A stretch of 64,000 bases of DNA from Vicugna vicugna (lineage: Eukaryota), in NCBI GenBank assembly GCA_013265495.1, contig MU058463.1:2317523-2381522 (forward strand), written 5' to 3'. Below the pieces are notes generated by a model. It was given only the letters and a program-made list of their open reading frames with translations. It did not search any database and was not told the DNA's origin. Below, piece after piece: positions 63,451 through 64,000 of the stretch; within the stretch, counting starts at the first letter, position 1, and the number at the start of each line of letters is the position of its first letter. Position numbers and translations under genes: made by a program.

Positions 63451-64000
63451 CAGGCATACCTTGTTTTATTGTGCTTTGCTTTATTGCAATTTGCAGGAGT
63501 TTTTTGGTTTTTGTTTTTGTTTTTGTTTTTTTTTTAAATTGAAGGCTTGTGGCAGCCCTGCTTCTAGCAAATCTGTCAGTGCCCTTTTTCCGGCAGCATT
63601 TGCTCACTATATGGCTCTGTCACATTTTGGTGATATTCACAATATTCCAAACTTTTTCATTATTATTACATTTATTATGGTGATCTGTGGTGATTTGGGG
63701 GAACCATGAACCATGCCCAAATACAACGGTAAACTTAATTGATAAATGTATGTGTTCTGACTGCTCCATTGACCAGCTATTACCCATCTTTCTCCCTCTC
63801 CTCAGGCCTCCCTGTTCCCTGAGATACAACAATATTGAAATTAGGCCAGTTGATAACCCTCCAGTGGCCTCTAAAGTTTTCAAATGAAGGGAAGAATTGT
63901 ACATCTCTCACTTTAATAAATCAAAAGCTGAGATAGGATGAAAGCTAGACCTCTTTCTCCAAATAGTCAGCCAAGTTGTTGAATGCAAAGGAAAAGTTCT
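63451..64000 (+). mobile_element. Tigger1 DNA transposon left end (runs off the window)
   Basis: caggcataccttgttttattgtgctttgctttattgc TIR; aaattgaaggcttgtggcagccctgc and gaaattaggccagttgataaccct internal Tigger1 motifs. Confidence 0.85.

Overview
Mammalian genomic DNA, AT-rich and repeat-dense. tRNA-Ala-derived Vic-1-like SINEs suggest a camelid. The window holds most of RBM26 (RNA-binding motif protein 26, a PAXT/nuclear-exosome-associated factor) on the + strand: nearly all of the ~23 kb intron 1, coding exons 2-20 and part of intron 20. Exon numbering follows my recollection of the human gene; exon 1 and the final exons lie outside the window. The 19 exons join through GT-AG boundaries into one open frame encoding PWI, RS, CCCH zinc finger, Pro-rich, RRM1, coiled-coil, RG-rich and most of RRM2. 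Introns contain L1, L2, MIR, LTR (MER21, MLT1) and DNA-transposon relics (Tigger, Charlie). The most interesting non-annotated structure is a compact intron-1 cassette at ~2190-2375: 3' splice site, 20-nt frameshifting microexon, U12-like 5' splice site, UGUA motifs, hairpin, AAUAAA and GU-rich element. It may be an autoregulatory premature-termination or poison switch. A second poly(A)-signal plus stop-codon exon cassette sits in intron 20. Also noted: several in-frame tandem acceptors, a possible recursive AG|GT site, and a tailless U6 retro-fragment with a 17-bp TSD. All regulatory interpretations are inference from motifs; repeat boundaries are approximate and family names are by eye.
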